Shown: one piece after another, positions 47,778 to 58,006 of the stretch
How positions within the stretch are numbered: the stretch's first letter is position 1
How the letters are laid out: the number at the start of each line of letters is the position of its first letter
DNA from: an uncultured archaeon
Lineage (GTDB): Archaea; Nanobdellota; Nanobdellia; Pacearchaeales; GW2011-AR1
Length of the DNA stretch: 64,000 bases
NCBI GenBank assembly: GCA_902385635.1
Contig: CABMGN010000008.1
Coordinates: 197,147-261,146, forward strand
Reading direction: 5' to 3'
Notes under the pieces: generated by a model
Database searches by the model: none
What the model was told of the DNA's origin: nothing
The model's input: only the letters and a program-made list of their open reading frames with translations
Translations under genes and position numbers: made by a program

Positions 47778-49313
47778 ATGGTAGAAACAGAAGCTTCAAA
47801 AGAAAAATTTCTTTTAAAAGTAAAAAAGTGGTTAAAAGACCCCCAGAATCTTGTATTAATCGGAATACTTTTGTTGGCGCTAGTACTTAGATTATATTAC
47901 TTTTTTTTAACAACAAATCAACCTTTATGGTGGGATGAATCAGAATATATGCTTAAGGCAAAAAGCTTTGCTTTTGGCACCCCCGATACTGGATGGTGGT
48001 ATGGAAGACCCATACTCTTTTCGGTAATCTCTTCATTTTTTTTCAAAGTAGGTCTTGGAGAGTTGGGTATAAGATTCTTGTGGGTTTTGGTTTCTCTAGC
48101 AACAGTATACCTCGTTTTTTATCTAGGCAAAACCTTATTCAATAAAAAAATTGGATTAATTGCAGCATTACTCGCTTCATTATCTTATATAGACCTATTT
48201 TATACTTTAAGATTGTTAGTTAACCTTCCGGAAGTTTTCTTTGCGCTTCTAGCTTACGCCCTTTTTGTGAAAGTTGAATTCGGTCAGGGCTCTAAAAAAT
48301 TAATTTGGGCAATAATTCCCATAATCCTTATAGGGGTTTTAATCCGTTTTACTGTTGGATTAACTATCATTGTCTTGCTAGTTTTCCTTCTCTCAATTAA
48401 AGGTCTAAAACTTTTAAAAGAGAAGGAGTGGTATATCTCAATTCTGATAGGACTCTTGCTCTTTTTGCCTTATGGAATCTATTCCTGGATAAAGTATGGA
48501 AATCCTGTTTATGTAATAATGTCTGTTCTAGTGGGCTCTACGGGTCAACGGGCTGTAGGGGATACGCCCTTTAAGATTTTCATTGACTATATTAAATATT
48601 TGCCAAGTTACACACAGATAGTTCTTTTCATCTTTTTTATTATAGGTTTAGTTGTAATTCTCTTTAATTTAGTCATACTCTTTGATAAAATAAAATCCGA
48701 GAGCTCTCAGAAGAAAAATTTGTTCATCATCATTGCTTTTTTAATTCCTTTAATTTACTTCGGATTTTTTGTTAACCATTTTGAAGATAGATATCTTTCG
48801 CTGGCTTTACCTTTCATTTTTATAATAACTGCATACGGTTTGTTCCTGGCTTACAATTTTATTAAAATACACATAAACAAGATTATTGCATTAGTCTTCA
48901 TACTAGGAATACTCCTTTTTGGGTGTTATAGCATGTATACTAATTCTAACGCAATAATTACAGATAAGATAAATTCGTATAGCGACCTCCGAGACACCGG
49001 AATATGGATAAAAACTAATTCTCTTCCAACAGACGCGATTATCTCCGCGGCTGTACCAGAATTAACCTACTACAGTGAACGCCCAACCTACCATCATGCA
49101 GATAACCTTACTGGAGAATTGTCCCTGATAACCGAAAAAAATGTCAAGTTTTTAGTTATAACTAGCTGGGAAAAATCTCCAGACTGGACTTATGAATTTT
49201 TTTCTAAACCGGGCCAATTTCCATTAGTTCACCAGTCAGTCTCAACGTATCGGGGCCAACAAATGTTTGCATTGGTTTTTTGGGTTAACTCTTCAAGTAC
49301 TCTCCAACCATAA
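47778..49313 (+). CDS. GT-C fold membrane glycosyltransferase (ArnT/PMT, GT39/GT83-like)
   Basis: ~12 TM helices; first loop LWWDESEY; 511 aa. Confidence 0.5.
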   Translation: MVETEASKEKFLLKVKKWLKDPQNLVLIGILLLALVLRLYYFFLTTNQPLWWDESEYMLKAKSFAFGTPDTGWWYGRPILFSVISSFFFKVGLGELGIRFLWVLVSLATVYLVFYLGKTLFNKKIGLIAALLASLSYIDLFYTLRLLVNLPEVFFALLAYALFVKVEFGQGSKKLIWAIIPIILIGVLIRFTVGLTIIVLLVFLLSIKGLKLLKEKEWYISILIGLLLFLPYGIYSWIKYGNPVYVIMSVLVGSTGQRAVGDTPFKIFIDYIKYLPSYTQIVLFIFFIIGLVVILFNLVILFDKIKSESSQKKNLFIIIAFLIPLIYFGFFVNHFEDRYLSLALPFIFIITAYGLFLAYNFIKIHINKIIALVFILGILLFGCYSMYTNSNAIITDKINSYSDLRDTGIWIKTNSLPTDAIISAAVPELTYYSERPTYHHADNLTGELSLITEKNVKFLVITSWEKSPDWTYEFFSKPGQFPLVHQSVSTYRGQQMFALVFWVNSSSTLQP

Positions 49314-50007
49314 TACAGCTCGCGTATGAGAATGGCTTCCCATACTTACATTTCAGAGCATCCTCTTTGGAAACTTCAATCCACTCATCGCTTCCTTTTT
49401 TCTTAAGAAATTTCTGTTGTAAATAGTTTAACTCTTCTTTTTCAATTAAAGAATCTAACTCGGGGTTATACCCCATCGGAATTGTAATAACAAGCTTTCC
49501 TCCCAGGTCTAGAACATTATTAATCACGTGATCTAAGACAGCTTTAATCTTTTCTGAAGAAGAAGTTTCACAGTCATCATCATAACCTATATGCTCAAAA
49601 GTGGATATACTCACTATCAAATCATATTTCTTCTTTGGTTTAAATCCAAGAACATCTTGGTTAATAACTCCCGTCCCTTGCTCGTATTTGTCTAGAACCT
49701 CCCAGTTCGTTGGGATATAATGAGATAAAACATTACCAATCTCCAACTTACGTCCTTCAAATCCTTTAATTTTCTTAAGGACAATGGGGATTTCTACACA
49801 CCTTTCATTTGCCCAAGTCATATTATACTTATGAAAAAACAAGTTATAATTTTCTTCTCCTAACCTAAACTGTCCTGGTTTTTTTAACTTAATTATAACT
49901 GGAGCAAATACTATCCTCCCGGGTTTAAGTACTAATTCTTTTAATCCAAATCGTTTTATGAACCACTTTAATTTTTCTCTTTTCGCATTATACAAATGAT
50001 TACTCAT
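49285..50007 (-). CDS. hypothetical protein, possible methyltransferase-like Rossmann fold
   Basis: LEIGNVLSHY...DLIVSISTFEHIG; ATGA-coupled to the downstream GT4. Confidence 0.3.
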   Translation of the reverse strand: MSNHLYNAKREKLKWFIKRFGLKELVLKPGRIVFAPVIIKLKKPGQFRLGEENYNLFFHKYNMTWANERCVEIPIVLKKIKGFEGRKLEIGNVLSHYIPTNWEVLDKYEQGTGVINQDVLGFKPKKKYDLIVSISTFEHIGYDDDCETSSSEKIKAVLDHVINNVLDLGGKLVITIPMGYNPELDSLIEKEELNYLQQKFLKKKGSDEWIEVSKEDALKCKYGKPFSYASCIMVGEYLKS

Positions 50008-51128
50008 TTTGTTTCTATTATCTCCAAAAATTTATCTGCGCTCTTTTCCCAAGTAAACTGTTTTGACCATTTCCGGGCTTCATTCCCAAATTTTTCTCTC
50101 AAGGATTTATTCTCCAACAAAACTTTTAATTTCTCTGCAAGATCTTTAGAATCTCCATAATTAAATAACAGCCCCGTTTTACCATCTACTACCGAATCTT
50201 TTATCCCTCCAACATTGCTTCCTACGACCGGAACTCCACAGTCATTTGCTTCTATGTTTACTATTCCCCACCCTTCTTTAAAACTAGGATTAACAAAAAT
50301 CCATGCTTTGTCCATTAACTCGATTTTTTTCTCTTCGCTAATCCTCCCGAAAAAAGTAACACCTTCTAAGGCTTGTTCTTTAGAATACTCTTTCATTTTT
50401 TCTAAGTCGTCTCCTCCACCACAAACCCACACTTCAGGTTTTATTTTTTGCTTTTCCAATATTTTTATTGCGTCAAGAAATATCTGTATGCCCTTGTACC
50501 TTTTTATTCTATTCAAAAAGAGGATTGTTGGTCTTTTGCTCTTAGCCCATTTTTTCTCTTTTAAACTTCTTTGAATCCCGGGGCTAACTATGCCAGATAT
50601 TCTTTTACCAATCTTCAAGTATTTAATCTCGTCTGCTGAACTTTTAGAGATAGTTATTACTTTTTCATTACTATATACTAGTGGAACAATAAACCTCTCA
50701 ATGGAATAACCAATTAAAGCTATTAGTTTTTCTTTTATTCCTTTCCCTTCGGCTTCTTTTTTCCAAATTTCTTTATGTACATGATGTACATGATAAAACC
50801 TTTTTTTATTTAAAGCAAATAGGGGGGTAAAAAATGGAAGACCATTATCTACGTCTATAATAACATCAATATCACTTTTAATCTTGAAGTAAGCTAATGG
50901 AGCTAAAGAATATAGACTTAATTCTCCCCCAACCCTTTTTATTTTTATTCCATCTATAAATTCTTCCTCTTTGCAGTTCTTCCAGCCCCCAACAATCCAA
51001 GTAACTTTATGCCCCCTCTTTACTAACTGTTTGGATATCTCATGAAAGAAAAGTTCACTACCCCCCGCCCGAGGGTTTTTGATATCCCTCCAATTAAAAA
51101 TTAGTATCCTCATTTTAAACTTCCCCAT
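50004..51128 (-). CDS. glycosyltransferase family 4 (GT-B)
   Basis: MRILIFNWRDIKNPRAGGSELFFHEISKQLVKRGHKVT...FGRISEEKK...E..DCGVPVVGS. Confidence 0.75.
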   Translation of the reverse strand: MGKFKMRILIFNWRDIKNPRAGGSELFFHEISKQLVKRGHKVTWIVGGWKNCKEEEFIDGIKIKRVGGELSLYSLAPLAYFKIKSDIDVIIDVDNGLPFFTPLFALNKKRFYHVHHVHKEIWKKEAEGKGIKEKLIALIGYSIERFIVPLVYSNEKVITISKSSADEIKYLKIGKRISGIVSPGIQRSLKEKKWAKSKRPTILFLNRIKRYKGIQIFLDAIKILEKQKIKPEVWVCGGGDDLEKMKEYSKEQALEGVTFFGRISEEKKIELMDKAWIFVNPSFKEGWGIVNIEANDCGVPVVGSNVGGIKDSVVDGKTGLLFNYGDSKDLAEKLKVLLENKSLREKFGNEARKWSKQFTWEKSADKFLEIIETK

Positions 51129-51892
51129 ACTTTTCGGATAAGGGGTTTAAGTGGTTTACTAAATTTATCTAACGGGCTATTAATCATTCTTAAACGTATA
51201 ATCCCTAAAAACATGTTAAAGCTTGTTTTTAACGGGTAAACTGTAGAACCTTCTTTGTCTATCCAGTATGTTGGAAAATCTCTTACTTTCAGACTTTTTT
51301 TCTTCATAGCATATAGAATGTTAACATCAAAAACCCACGCACTCACTTTAAGATCCCCGAATACTTTTTCTATAGCTTTTCGTTTAAACAATTTAGCCCC
51401 ACATTGGGTATCTCTAAAATTGAGGAAAAAAAGGCACCTCACCATAAAATTAAAAATTCTGCTAATGAATCTTCTAAGGAAAGGCTGTTTTATCGGAAGC
51501 TTACTTCTTTTGTCCCATCTGTTGGCAATAATTCCATCATATTCTTGTATGTTAGTTATTAGATCATAAAAAGCATTTGGGGGAGTTGCACAATCAGCGT
51601 CGACAAAACCCATAAGATCAAATTTTTTCTCTAAAGCATATCTAAAACCCTCAGTTATAGCAAAGCCCTTTCCACCTTGTTTGAAATTTAAGAATCTAAT
51701 ATTTTCAAATTTTTTCTGATACTTCTTGACAACTTCTTCTGTTTTATCTCGAGTATTATTTATAACGACTAGAATTTCAATACTTTCTTTTTTTATTTTT
51801 GAATAAAAATTTCCATACTCTTCTAAGGTTGCTCCAATCCTTTTTTCTTCATTATATGCTGGAATAATGATACAGACTTTTATTTTTTCCAT
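51110..51892 (-). CDS. glycosyltransferase family 2, dolichyl-phosphate hexose synthase-like
   Basis: VCIIIPAYNEEKRIGATLEE...FVDADCATPP (DAD). Confidence 0.75.
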   Translation of the reverse strand: MEKIKVCIIIPAYNEEKRIGATLEEYGNFYSKIKKESIEILVVINNTRDKTEEVVKKYQKKFENIRFLNFKQGGKGFAITEGFRYALEKKFDLMGFVDADCATPPNAFYDLITNIQEYDGIIANRWDKRSKLPIKQPFLRRFISRIFNFMVRCLFFLNFRDTQCGAKLFKRKAIEKVFGDLKVSAWVFDVNILYAMKKKSLKVRDFPTYWIDKEGSTVYPLKTSFNMFLGIIRLRMINSPLDKFSKPLKPLIRKVWGSLK

Positions 51893-53109
51893 TTTATAAA
51901 GAAAAGTATTACCCCTATAAACATTATTATATTTGAGATTAAGAATCCCTTTATATAAACCTCAACGCTACTGCTGAAGAAATAGAGGATTCCAAGAACT
52001 ATTAATAAGATAATTCCCAAATAATAAGTATTCTTTATTTTCCCCGTAGACAAACCATAAAGAAGGACTAGGTTAGTAAATGCCATTAAACTCAGGGCAA
52101 TTCCGGAATAAATAAGATAAGGAGCAATGGCGAGATATTGATTCCCATATAATAGTTTTATTACTAATTCCGGATATAGGCCGTAGACTGCAACTGCGAT
52201 TAAGCAACAAATTCCAACTAAAAGAGAAGTTTTTATGAAAAGTTTTTTACTACTTTGGTTCTTATCAGTATTTTCGGAAGATATTGGGAACATTGCTTTT
52301 CCAAAGGCAGCAGTTCCTAGAAAGATCATCTTTCCTAGCATGGAAAGAACAGCATACTGTCCAGCAACTTCTGGGGAAAAAAATCTTTTTGCTAAGATTA
52401 TATCTAAACTAAATATGATGAAAATAAATAACATTGAGGCAAAGTACTTCGAACTTGTAGAGTATATCCCTTCAAACCTTTCCTTTTCTTCTTTTTTTTC
52501 ATTTATATCTTTATTAAAATAAAAAGCAAAAAACATACCAAGAAATACCCCTAGGACAACGCCTAAAATAGCGCCATAAACTTTCAGTCCTATTGCAACT
52601 AGAACCATAGCTAAGATCATTTTTACCGAGGATTCTATTACAAGGCTCATACCCAAAAGCGAAAACTTTTTCCTTCCTTGGAGAACACCCCTTAGCACCG
52701 GACCAATAAACGCTCCAAAAATTATTACATTTGAAAGAACAATCAACCAAAAATCAACTCCGATAAAGTAAGATAAGAAAATAGAGAATAGCCCAAAGAT
52801 AATAAATAAGATGAGAGAAACTTTAAGACTTTTCTTAATAGCTTTATTCATTAAAAATTTTACTTTTCCTTCCTCTTTTTTTATATTAAAAGTAGTAGTA
52901 TACCTAGAAATAAGATTTTGTATTGCCTCACTTGGAATACTATAGATATAGGTTATGGACATTAGCACTGCGAGAGTTCCATACTCTGCCGGAGATAGCA
53001 TCCTCCCCATAACAAAATGGAAGAGAAAGTTAAGAAAATTAAAAAGATTTATAGTGATAAATAGAATAATCGCTCCACGCTTTAGTTCACTCATTTTTCT
53101 TTTTTTCAT
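51880..53109 (-). CDS. Wzx-like oligosaccharide flippase (MOP superfamily)
   Basis: 409 aa, ~12 TM helices; polysaccharide biosynthesis protein pattern. Confidence 0.6.
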   Translation of the reverse strand: MKKRKMSELKRGAIILFITINLFNFLNFLFHFVMGRMLSPAEYGTLAVLMSITYIYSIPSEAIQNLISRYTTTFNIKKEEGKVKFLMNKAIKKSLKVSLILFIIFGLFSIFLSYFIGVDFWLIVLSNVIIFGAFIGPVLRGVLQGRKKFSLLGMSLVIESSVKMILAMVLVAIGLKVYGAILGVVLGVFLGMFFAFYFNKDINEKKEEKERFEGIYSTSSKYFASMLFIFIIFSLDIILAKRFFSPEVAGQYAVLSMLGKMIFLGTAAFGKAMFPISSENTDKNQSSKKLFIKTSLLVGICCLIAVAVYGLYPELVIKLLYGNQYLAIAPYLIYSGIALSLMAFTNLVLLYGLSTGKIKNTYYLGIILLIVLGILYFFSSSVEVYIKGFLISNIIMFIGVILFFIKWKK

Positions 53110-53127
53110 CTTAAAATTTATGATAAT

Positions 53128-54112
53128 TTAAATAAATAAAGCAAATGCAATGAGAATAATAATTAGCTGGAATAAATTAATCACCCAAACTACTTCATAC
53201 TCATAAACTTTCTTACTCGGCTTTATCTTTCTAAGTATACTTATTGCTAAATGTTCTAACCCATAAACTTTATCATAAGGCTTTTCTAGGCTTCCATCTG
53301 GATTAACTTTAGCAAAGCTTTCTTTCTTTAATCTTCCTCGAATTTTTAGAATAACCTCTAAATATACGGGATAAACAAGAAAACTGCAATTTTTTCTATA
53401 TTTCCAAGGATGGCAATTATTGCAATCAATCCCCCCAAAGAGTAGGTTAAAACATCTCCGGGGAAAATTTTTGCGGGATATTTATTGAAGATGTAGAATG
53501 CAATAAGGGAGGTTACTGTAATTAAACAAATTAAACTTAACCAACTATTGCCGGTTATCCACGTAAAGATACCTAGTGCGGTGAATATTAAAATTCCTTG
53601 GCTTGATTCTAGACCATTATACCCCGCAATAAAGTTAAAAGTAGAAGAAGCTCCAACAATTCCAAGAGGGATTAATAGAAGAGGATAGAGAATACCAACT
53701 GGAGTCCCATTATTTCCGATTGCCCGACATTTAGGGCCATCAGGGGCACTGCCGCAAAGATAAGAAAAATAAGTCTACTTTTTTTATTTAATCCTATCTT
53801 CCATCCAAGAATATCGTCTGTGAAGCCAATAAAAGCTATGATCAATAAAGAAGTAAGAAGAGCAAATATTTCTGAAGTATACATTTGGGAATTAAAATAA
53901 AATGTTTTTATTCCTACGTAAGTAAGAACTCCAATAACGATGCCAAAGATAACAGAAACCCCTCCCGCTTCAGCAATATTCTTTTCAGCATCTTTTTTAT
54001 TCATGTCCCTGCCGGTTAAATGCACCCTATGTGCTCTTTTAATCCAAAGGGGAGTAAGTAAGAAGGTAAGCAAGAAACTAATAAGAGCACATATAAACAG
54101 CAAAGATTCCAT
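53128..54112 (-). pseudogene. aglH: AglH/MraY-WecA family UDP-HexNAc-1-phosphate:dolichyl-phosphate transferase (GPT), disrupted by two frameshifts
   Basis: Three minus-strand frames. (a) 53672-54112: N-terminal 146 aa with FIGFTDDILG. (b) ~53358-53680: LLLIPLGIVGASSTFNFIAGYNGLESSQ...KIFPGDVLTYSLGGLIAII, the NxxNxxDGxDG-like and GD..S..LGG motifs. (c) 53128-~53370: C-terminal ...ILKIRGRLKKESFAKVNPDGSLEKPYDKVYGLEHLAISILRK...LIIILIAFALFI*. Total ~328 codons equals full-length GPT. Confidence 0.6.
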
Positions 54113-54113
54113 T

Positions 54114-56888
54114 TTATTCTCCGTAAACTCCAGGAGTTGCTAGATTAAGGCGCTCATCTGGAAAACTAGTTCTTAAGTATTCTGATTTATAAGTTATATT
54201 CTTAGGGTAATTTATCTCCCATATTTTTATTGGGCCATAAAAGTCATTATAATAAACAAAGTCTCCAACTTGCGTCCCTTGTGAAAGAAGAAGGTTTGTT
54301 ATGTAATTATTCTCCGAATGTACTAACTTAAACCCTGCTTGTTTCTCATCAAAAAGATAAAGTCTTACTAGCTGAGAATTAATTGTTCTATTACTCATGT
54401 AAAGTGCAGCCCCAACGGGATTTATAGTAGCGGCGCCATTTGATCCCTGGCTTACTCTAGAGAATAAGAAAACTCCTGAATTCATACCCACCTTATAATC
54501 ATAAAGTTCTTTCTCTAAATATAAGTATCTTATTGGAATTAAGTACTGTTTTCCTCCCGAGATAACAACCGCTTCGGGTTGTTTTACAAATCCTTGCGCA
54601 TCTTTTCTGAAGAAAATAGCTCCAACATAAGAGGTTTCTTTTAAGAATACAATCTCAGAATTGTTTTCTTTCCAAGTGAAGTCATCTTCTACTGGGGCCC
54701 CCCCAGTATATACATAAAGTGTTTCATTAGCAGTTTCTCGTGTCTGACTCTCCTGCATTAAAAATGTAGAGATTTGAGAAAGTCGGTCATAATTTTCATC
54801 ACTTCCAATAGAAGAGAACGCGGGATATTTCCCAATGTCTGTAGAATCTATAAGTAGATGTGTTGCATTATGCGCGTATAAAAATTCTAGAGAGTCTTTT
54901 TCACTTGGTCCAGTTAGAACAAGTCTTCCCAAAAGATGATTCCAGTAAACTAAAGAATTTCCTCCATCTAATACTGTTGCTCTCTCCCCAATGCTTTGTA
55001 TCCAGTAACCATAATCCCACCAGTGACTAAATACTGCGGTTGTTGGTGTATTATCCCTAACCCACTTCATTGCGCTCTGCCATTGCCATTGATACGGCCC
55101 CGGTGCAAAATTAGTCGCAGTATATTTTTGTTCTTGATAATTAGAGTAGATAGTAAATGCTGTTGCGGAAATTAAAATAATGGCTAGGACGACAGCAATT
55201 ACTTTATTTTTTCCATCCTTTTTAGCAAAAGCCTTTTCTGAAGTTTTTACTGTTAAAAATGCTATGACAATTGGGCTAACTGCACCTAGCACCATAATAA
55301 GTCTTATTCCAGCCCTCGAAGCAATTATTGCTAGAGTTAGAATAACAAAGTATAGCATATAAGAGAAATCAAAATTCTTAAACACCTCTAAATCTTTATT
55401 TTTTACTCTTTGATAATAAACATAAATCCCACTTATCAAAAAGATTAAGACGCCTCCAAAATAAACTAAAATACTCAGGGCGCTTTTACCATCAAGAATA
55501 CTCGTAGAAGAATATCTGCTAAATATGATACTTATTAGATAAATAGTGTAGGCTACAACTAAAATTATTTTCTCTTTTTTATTTAGAGAAGAGACTAGGC
55601 TATAGAACAAAGCAACCGATCCTACAAAGAAAAGCCAGAAAAACAAGGGAATTCCCCCAACTCCGCTTCCAGAAAATATTACCGGACCAAAGCTATTTTT
55701 CCAGTCATTATTAAAATAAGGCTGTTTGTTCTCTGCTACTGTTAATCCTAAACGAGAAGTCATAGGTTCTATAAGAGAATTTTTCACATCATTAACTAAG
55801 TGAATAATCTCGTTTGGACCTAATATAATAAGTACAAGGATTAGGAGAATGATTACTGAGATTATTAGAGAAAAAATTTCTTTAGGTATTTTAGTCTTTT
55901 CTCTTAGACTCTCTACTTTTTTTACTTTTAAAACAGCTTTACTGACTATTAATAAAAATAATACCCCCATCGCCAGCCCTGTAGAAGTCGATGTTACTAG
56001 CGTTCCGAACGAATATCTTGTAGAAAAAGGCATCATAACTAAGAAAGATGTAACTATCCAAATCCCGTAGCAATAAATTTCTTTCCAACTAATCTTTCCT
56101 AAAACATATGAAAGGATAACTACTGCCGGTATCGCAAAGAATACAAAAATAAATCCCCCCCAAATAAGAGCCATTAGGCCTGTAGATAAACCTGCGAGAA
56201 TAGAAAAGATAAATCCTTTTGTTTTGGTTTTTGATGTAAACGCTTCGAGGAAAAAATAAAACGCGAAGAACATGAACGCGAAAGCTATAGATTCTTTCTC
56301 CGGAATTCCTGCGATTGTTCTAGGTAACAAAGAAGGAACTAAAACAAATAATAATGTTGCTAAAACTGCAATAATATTTCGAGTATGTTTATTCTCTTTG
56401 TAAAATATTTTTCTTGTGAATAAGAAGAAAGCTAAGCCAGTTATTGCAAACCCAACTACTGGAAAGATAACTGCCGAGTAAGTAACAGTAACATTTTTTA
56501 TGAATAGTGAGAGGAAGTCGTGGAACCACGCAATGAGGTAAGATAGTAATTTCATTTCTGAAGAAGTGTCATATCCTAATGGAACGTATCTCATGTGGTC
56601 TATTGCAAATAAAGTACCATTAGCCACTATATCTTTGGCCCATCTCAAGAATAGAAATGGATCTAAATCAGGTCCAAGCGTCCATGCCCCAGTTGTTATA
56701 TCTTTTAATTTAGAAATATTCAATGTTCTTATCCAAACACCTAAGAAAATAACTGCTGCAAGTAGGATGGAGTATATCCAAGTGGATTTACTTTTTAGAA
56801 AATTAAAAACTTTTTTCTTACGCTTCTCTAGGACTTCACTTTCTTTAGTATTTTCTTCCATAGTTCTCTTTTTATAGGTATTACTCAC
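54114..56888 (-). CDS. aglB: archaeal oligosaccharyltransferase AglB (STT3)
   Basis: 13 TM N-terminal domain; WWDYGYWI (WWDYG) motif; 924 aa. Apparent GTG start, or Met 10 codons downstream. Confidence 0.9.
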   Translation of the reverse strand: MSNTYKKRTMEENTKESEVLEKRKKKVFNFLKSKSTWIYSILLAAVIFLGVWIRTLNISKLKDITTGAWTLGPDLDPFLFLRWAKDIVANGTLFAIDHMRYVPLGYDTSSEMKLLSYLIAWFHDFLSLFIKNVTVTYSAVIFPVVGFAITGLAFFLFTRKIFYKENKHTRNIIAVLATLLFVLVPSLLPRTIAGIPEKESIAFAFMFFAFYFFLEAFTSKTKTKGFIFSILAGLSTGLMALIWGGFIFVFFAIPAVVILSYVLGKISWKEIYCYGIWIVTSFLVMMPFSTRYSFGTLVTSTSTGLAMGVLFLLIVSKAVLKVKKVESLREKTKIPKEIFSLIISVIILLILVLIILGPNEIIHLVNDVKNSLIEPMTSRLGLTVAENKQPYFNNDWKNSFGPVIFSGSGVGGIPLFFWLFFVGSVALFYSLVSSLNKKEKIILVVAYTIYLISIIFSRYSSTSILDGKSALSILVYFGGVLIFLISGIYVYYQRVKNKDLEVFKNFDFSYMLYFVILTLAIIASRAGIRLIMVLGAVSPIVIAFLTVKTSEKAFAKKDGKNKVIAVVLAIILISATAFTIYSNYQEQKYTATNFAPGPYQWQWQSAMKWVRDNTPTTAVFSHWWDYGYWIQSIGERATVLDGGNSLVYWNHLLGRLVLTGPSEKDSLEFLYAHNATHLLIDSTDIGKYPAFSSIGSDENYDRLSQISTFLMQESQTRETANETLYVYTGGAPVEDDFTWKENNSEIVFLKETSYVGAIFFRKDAQGFVKQPEAVVISGGKQYLIPIRYLYLEKELYDYKVGMNSGVFLFSRVSQGSNGAATINPVGAALYMSNRTINSQLVRLYLFDEKQAGFKLVHSENNYITNLLLSQGTQVGDFVYYNDFYGPIKIWEINYPKNITYKSEYLRTSFPDERLNLATPGVYGE

Positions 56889-57027
56889 TTAGAACGTCTC
56901 TCAGCAATTCGTCCGCATCAGGTTCTTTTATTATGGCAACTTCACCACAATACTGACAAGGCTTACCCTTTTGAGGGAAAGCTGATTTAAACCTATACCC
57001 ACAGTTCTTACATATGTAGTCTGTCAT
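56881..57027 (-). CDS. unannotated 48-aa C4 zinc-ribbon protein (RpoP/Rpo12-like pattern)
   Basis: Not in ORF track (<60 aa). MTDYICKNCGYRFKSAFPQKGKPCQYCGEVAIIKEPDADELLRDVLSE. CxxC-x14-CxxCG; overlaps the aglB start by 8 nt. Confidence 0.3.
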   Translation of the reverse strand: MTDYICKNCGYRFKSAFPQKGKPCQYCGEVAIIKEPDADELLRDVLSE

Positions 57028-57157
57028 AAAAGGTAGAAAAAATAGTCGTATTTAAAGATTTCTTAGATTAACCAAACATGACCGGGGTAAGGTAAACCTC
57101 CATTAGGGCAGCAATAACTAAGATTAGTATCGCAATGAAGAGAAGTATTATAACATT

Positions 57158-57940
57158 TCAAATAACTCTGTACAATTTTTTTCCGTCCAATACATGTCTT
57201 ATTACCCCCACACCAAAGATTCCTCCGGCTAGAGCAGTTACAAAATAAGCAGTTATTTCCGGAAGACCATGAATCATATACCTCCCAAGTCCTATCGGGA
57301 TATTTGCTATTTGATATTTTGTAAAAATTCCTATTGCCGAAGCTATCACAGTAGCATTCCAAGCCAAAACAAAAATGTCCCCCGCCCCAAATATTAAAGA
57401 AAAGACTAACGTGAATATCATGACATAAACATTATTCTCAAGAATAGAAAGAAACCTCCACATATTCCCCTCTCCAGCCATCCCCCCCGTTAAACCTAAG
57501 TAATTCCCAGTCATTCCATAAGCTTTAACACACTCTTCTACATTTCCTCCGCTATTAATCATACAGTAGGTCTCTAATTGTGCATTAAACATATTTGAAT
57601 TTCCTAAAACAATATACCAAAACGAGAATGCTATAACAAATCCCAAGAATAGCCACATAAACGCGTATATAACATCTTTGTGTACTTTCCATACATCAAG
57701 GAAACCCTCTATTTTTTCATCAACCTCTTCCTCTCTTTTAATCATTCTATACATAAAAGGAAGAGAGAACATAACACAGAAAGTTACAACAATTAATCCA
57801 GAAAATTTGCTGAGAACAGCATCACCCGAAAAAAACCATCTGACTAAAAGTAGGGACAGTGATGCATAGACTAACCCTATAAAAAACATTTTCCACGGCC
57901 TCTTTTCTGCTGACTTAGGATTGATTATTGCCTCTAACAT
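57158..57940 (-). CDS. DUF95/SpoIIM-like membrane protein
   Basis: 6 TM helices; HGLPEITAYFVTALAGG motif. Confidence 0.45.
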   Translation of the reverse strand: MLEAIINPKSAEKRPWKMFFIGLVYASLSLLLVRWFFSGDAVLSKFSGLIVVTFCVMFSLPFMYRMIKREEEVDEKIEGFLDVWKVHKDVIYAFMWLFLGFVIAFSFWYIVLGNSNMFNAQLETYCMINSGGNVEECVKAYGMTGNYLGLTGGMAGEGNMWRFLSILENNVYVMIFTLVFSLIFGAGDIFVLAWNATVIASAIGIFTKYQIANIPIGLGRYMIHGLPEITAYFVTALAGGIFGVGVIRHVLDGKKLYRVI

Positions 57941-58006
57941 AATTAGACCAAAACTAGAGAATTTTTAAACTTTCTTGACTATTCACTATTACAAAAAGAG
58001 GGCAGA

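Noticed and set aside
54114-56888. Plus-strand ORFs 55180-55362, 55849-56070 and 56566-56877 inside aglB
   Set aside because: They are antisense to a strongly supported 924-aa AglB gene and have low-complexity hydrophobic translations. They look like spurious shadow ORFs.
57063-57362. 99-aa Cys-rich ORF overlapping the DUF95 membrane protein gene in another frame
   Set aside because: It overlaps 200 nt of the longer, hydropathy-consistent 260-aa ORF on the same strand. This is likely a frame artefact, though the Cys richness was noted.
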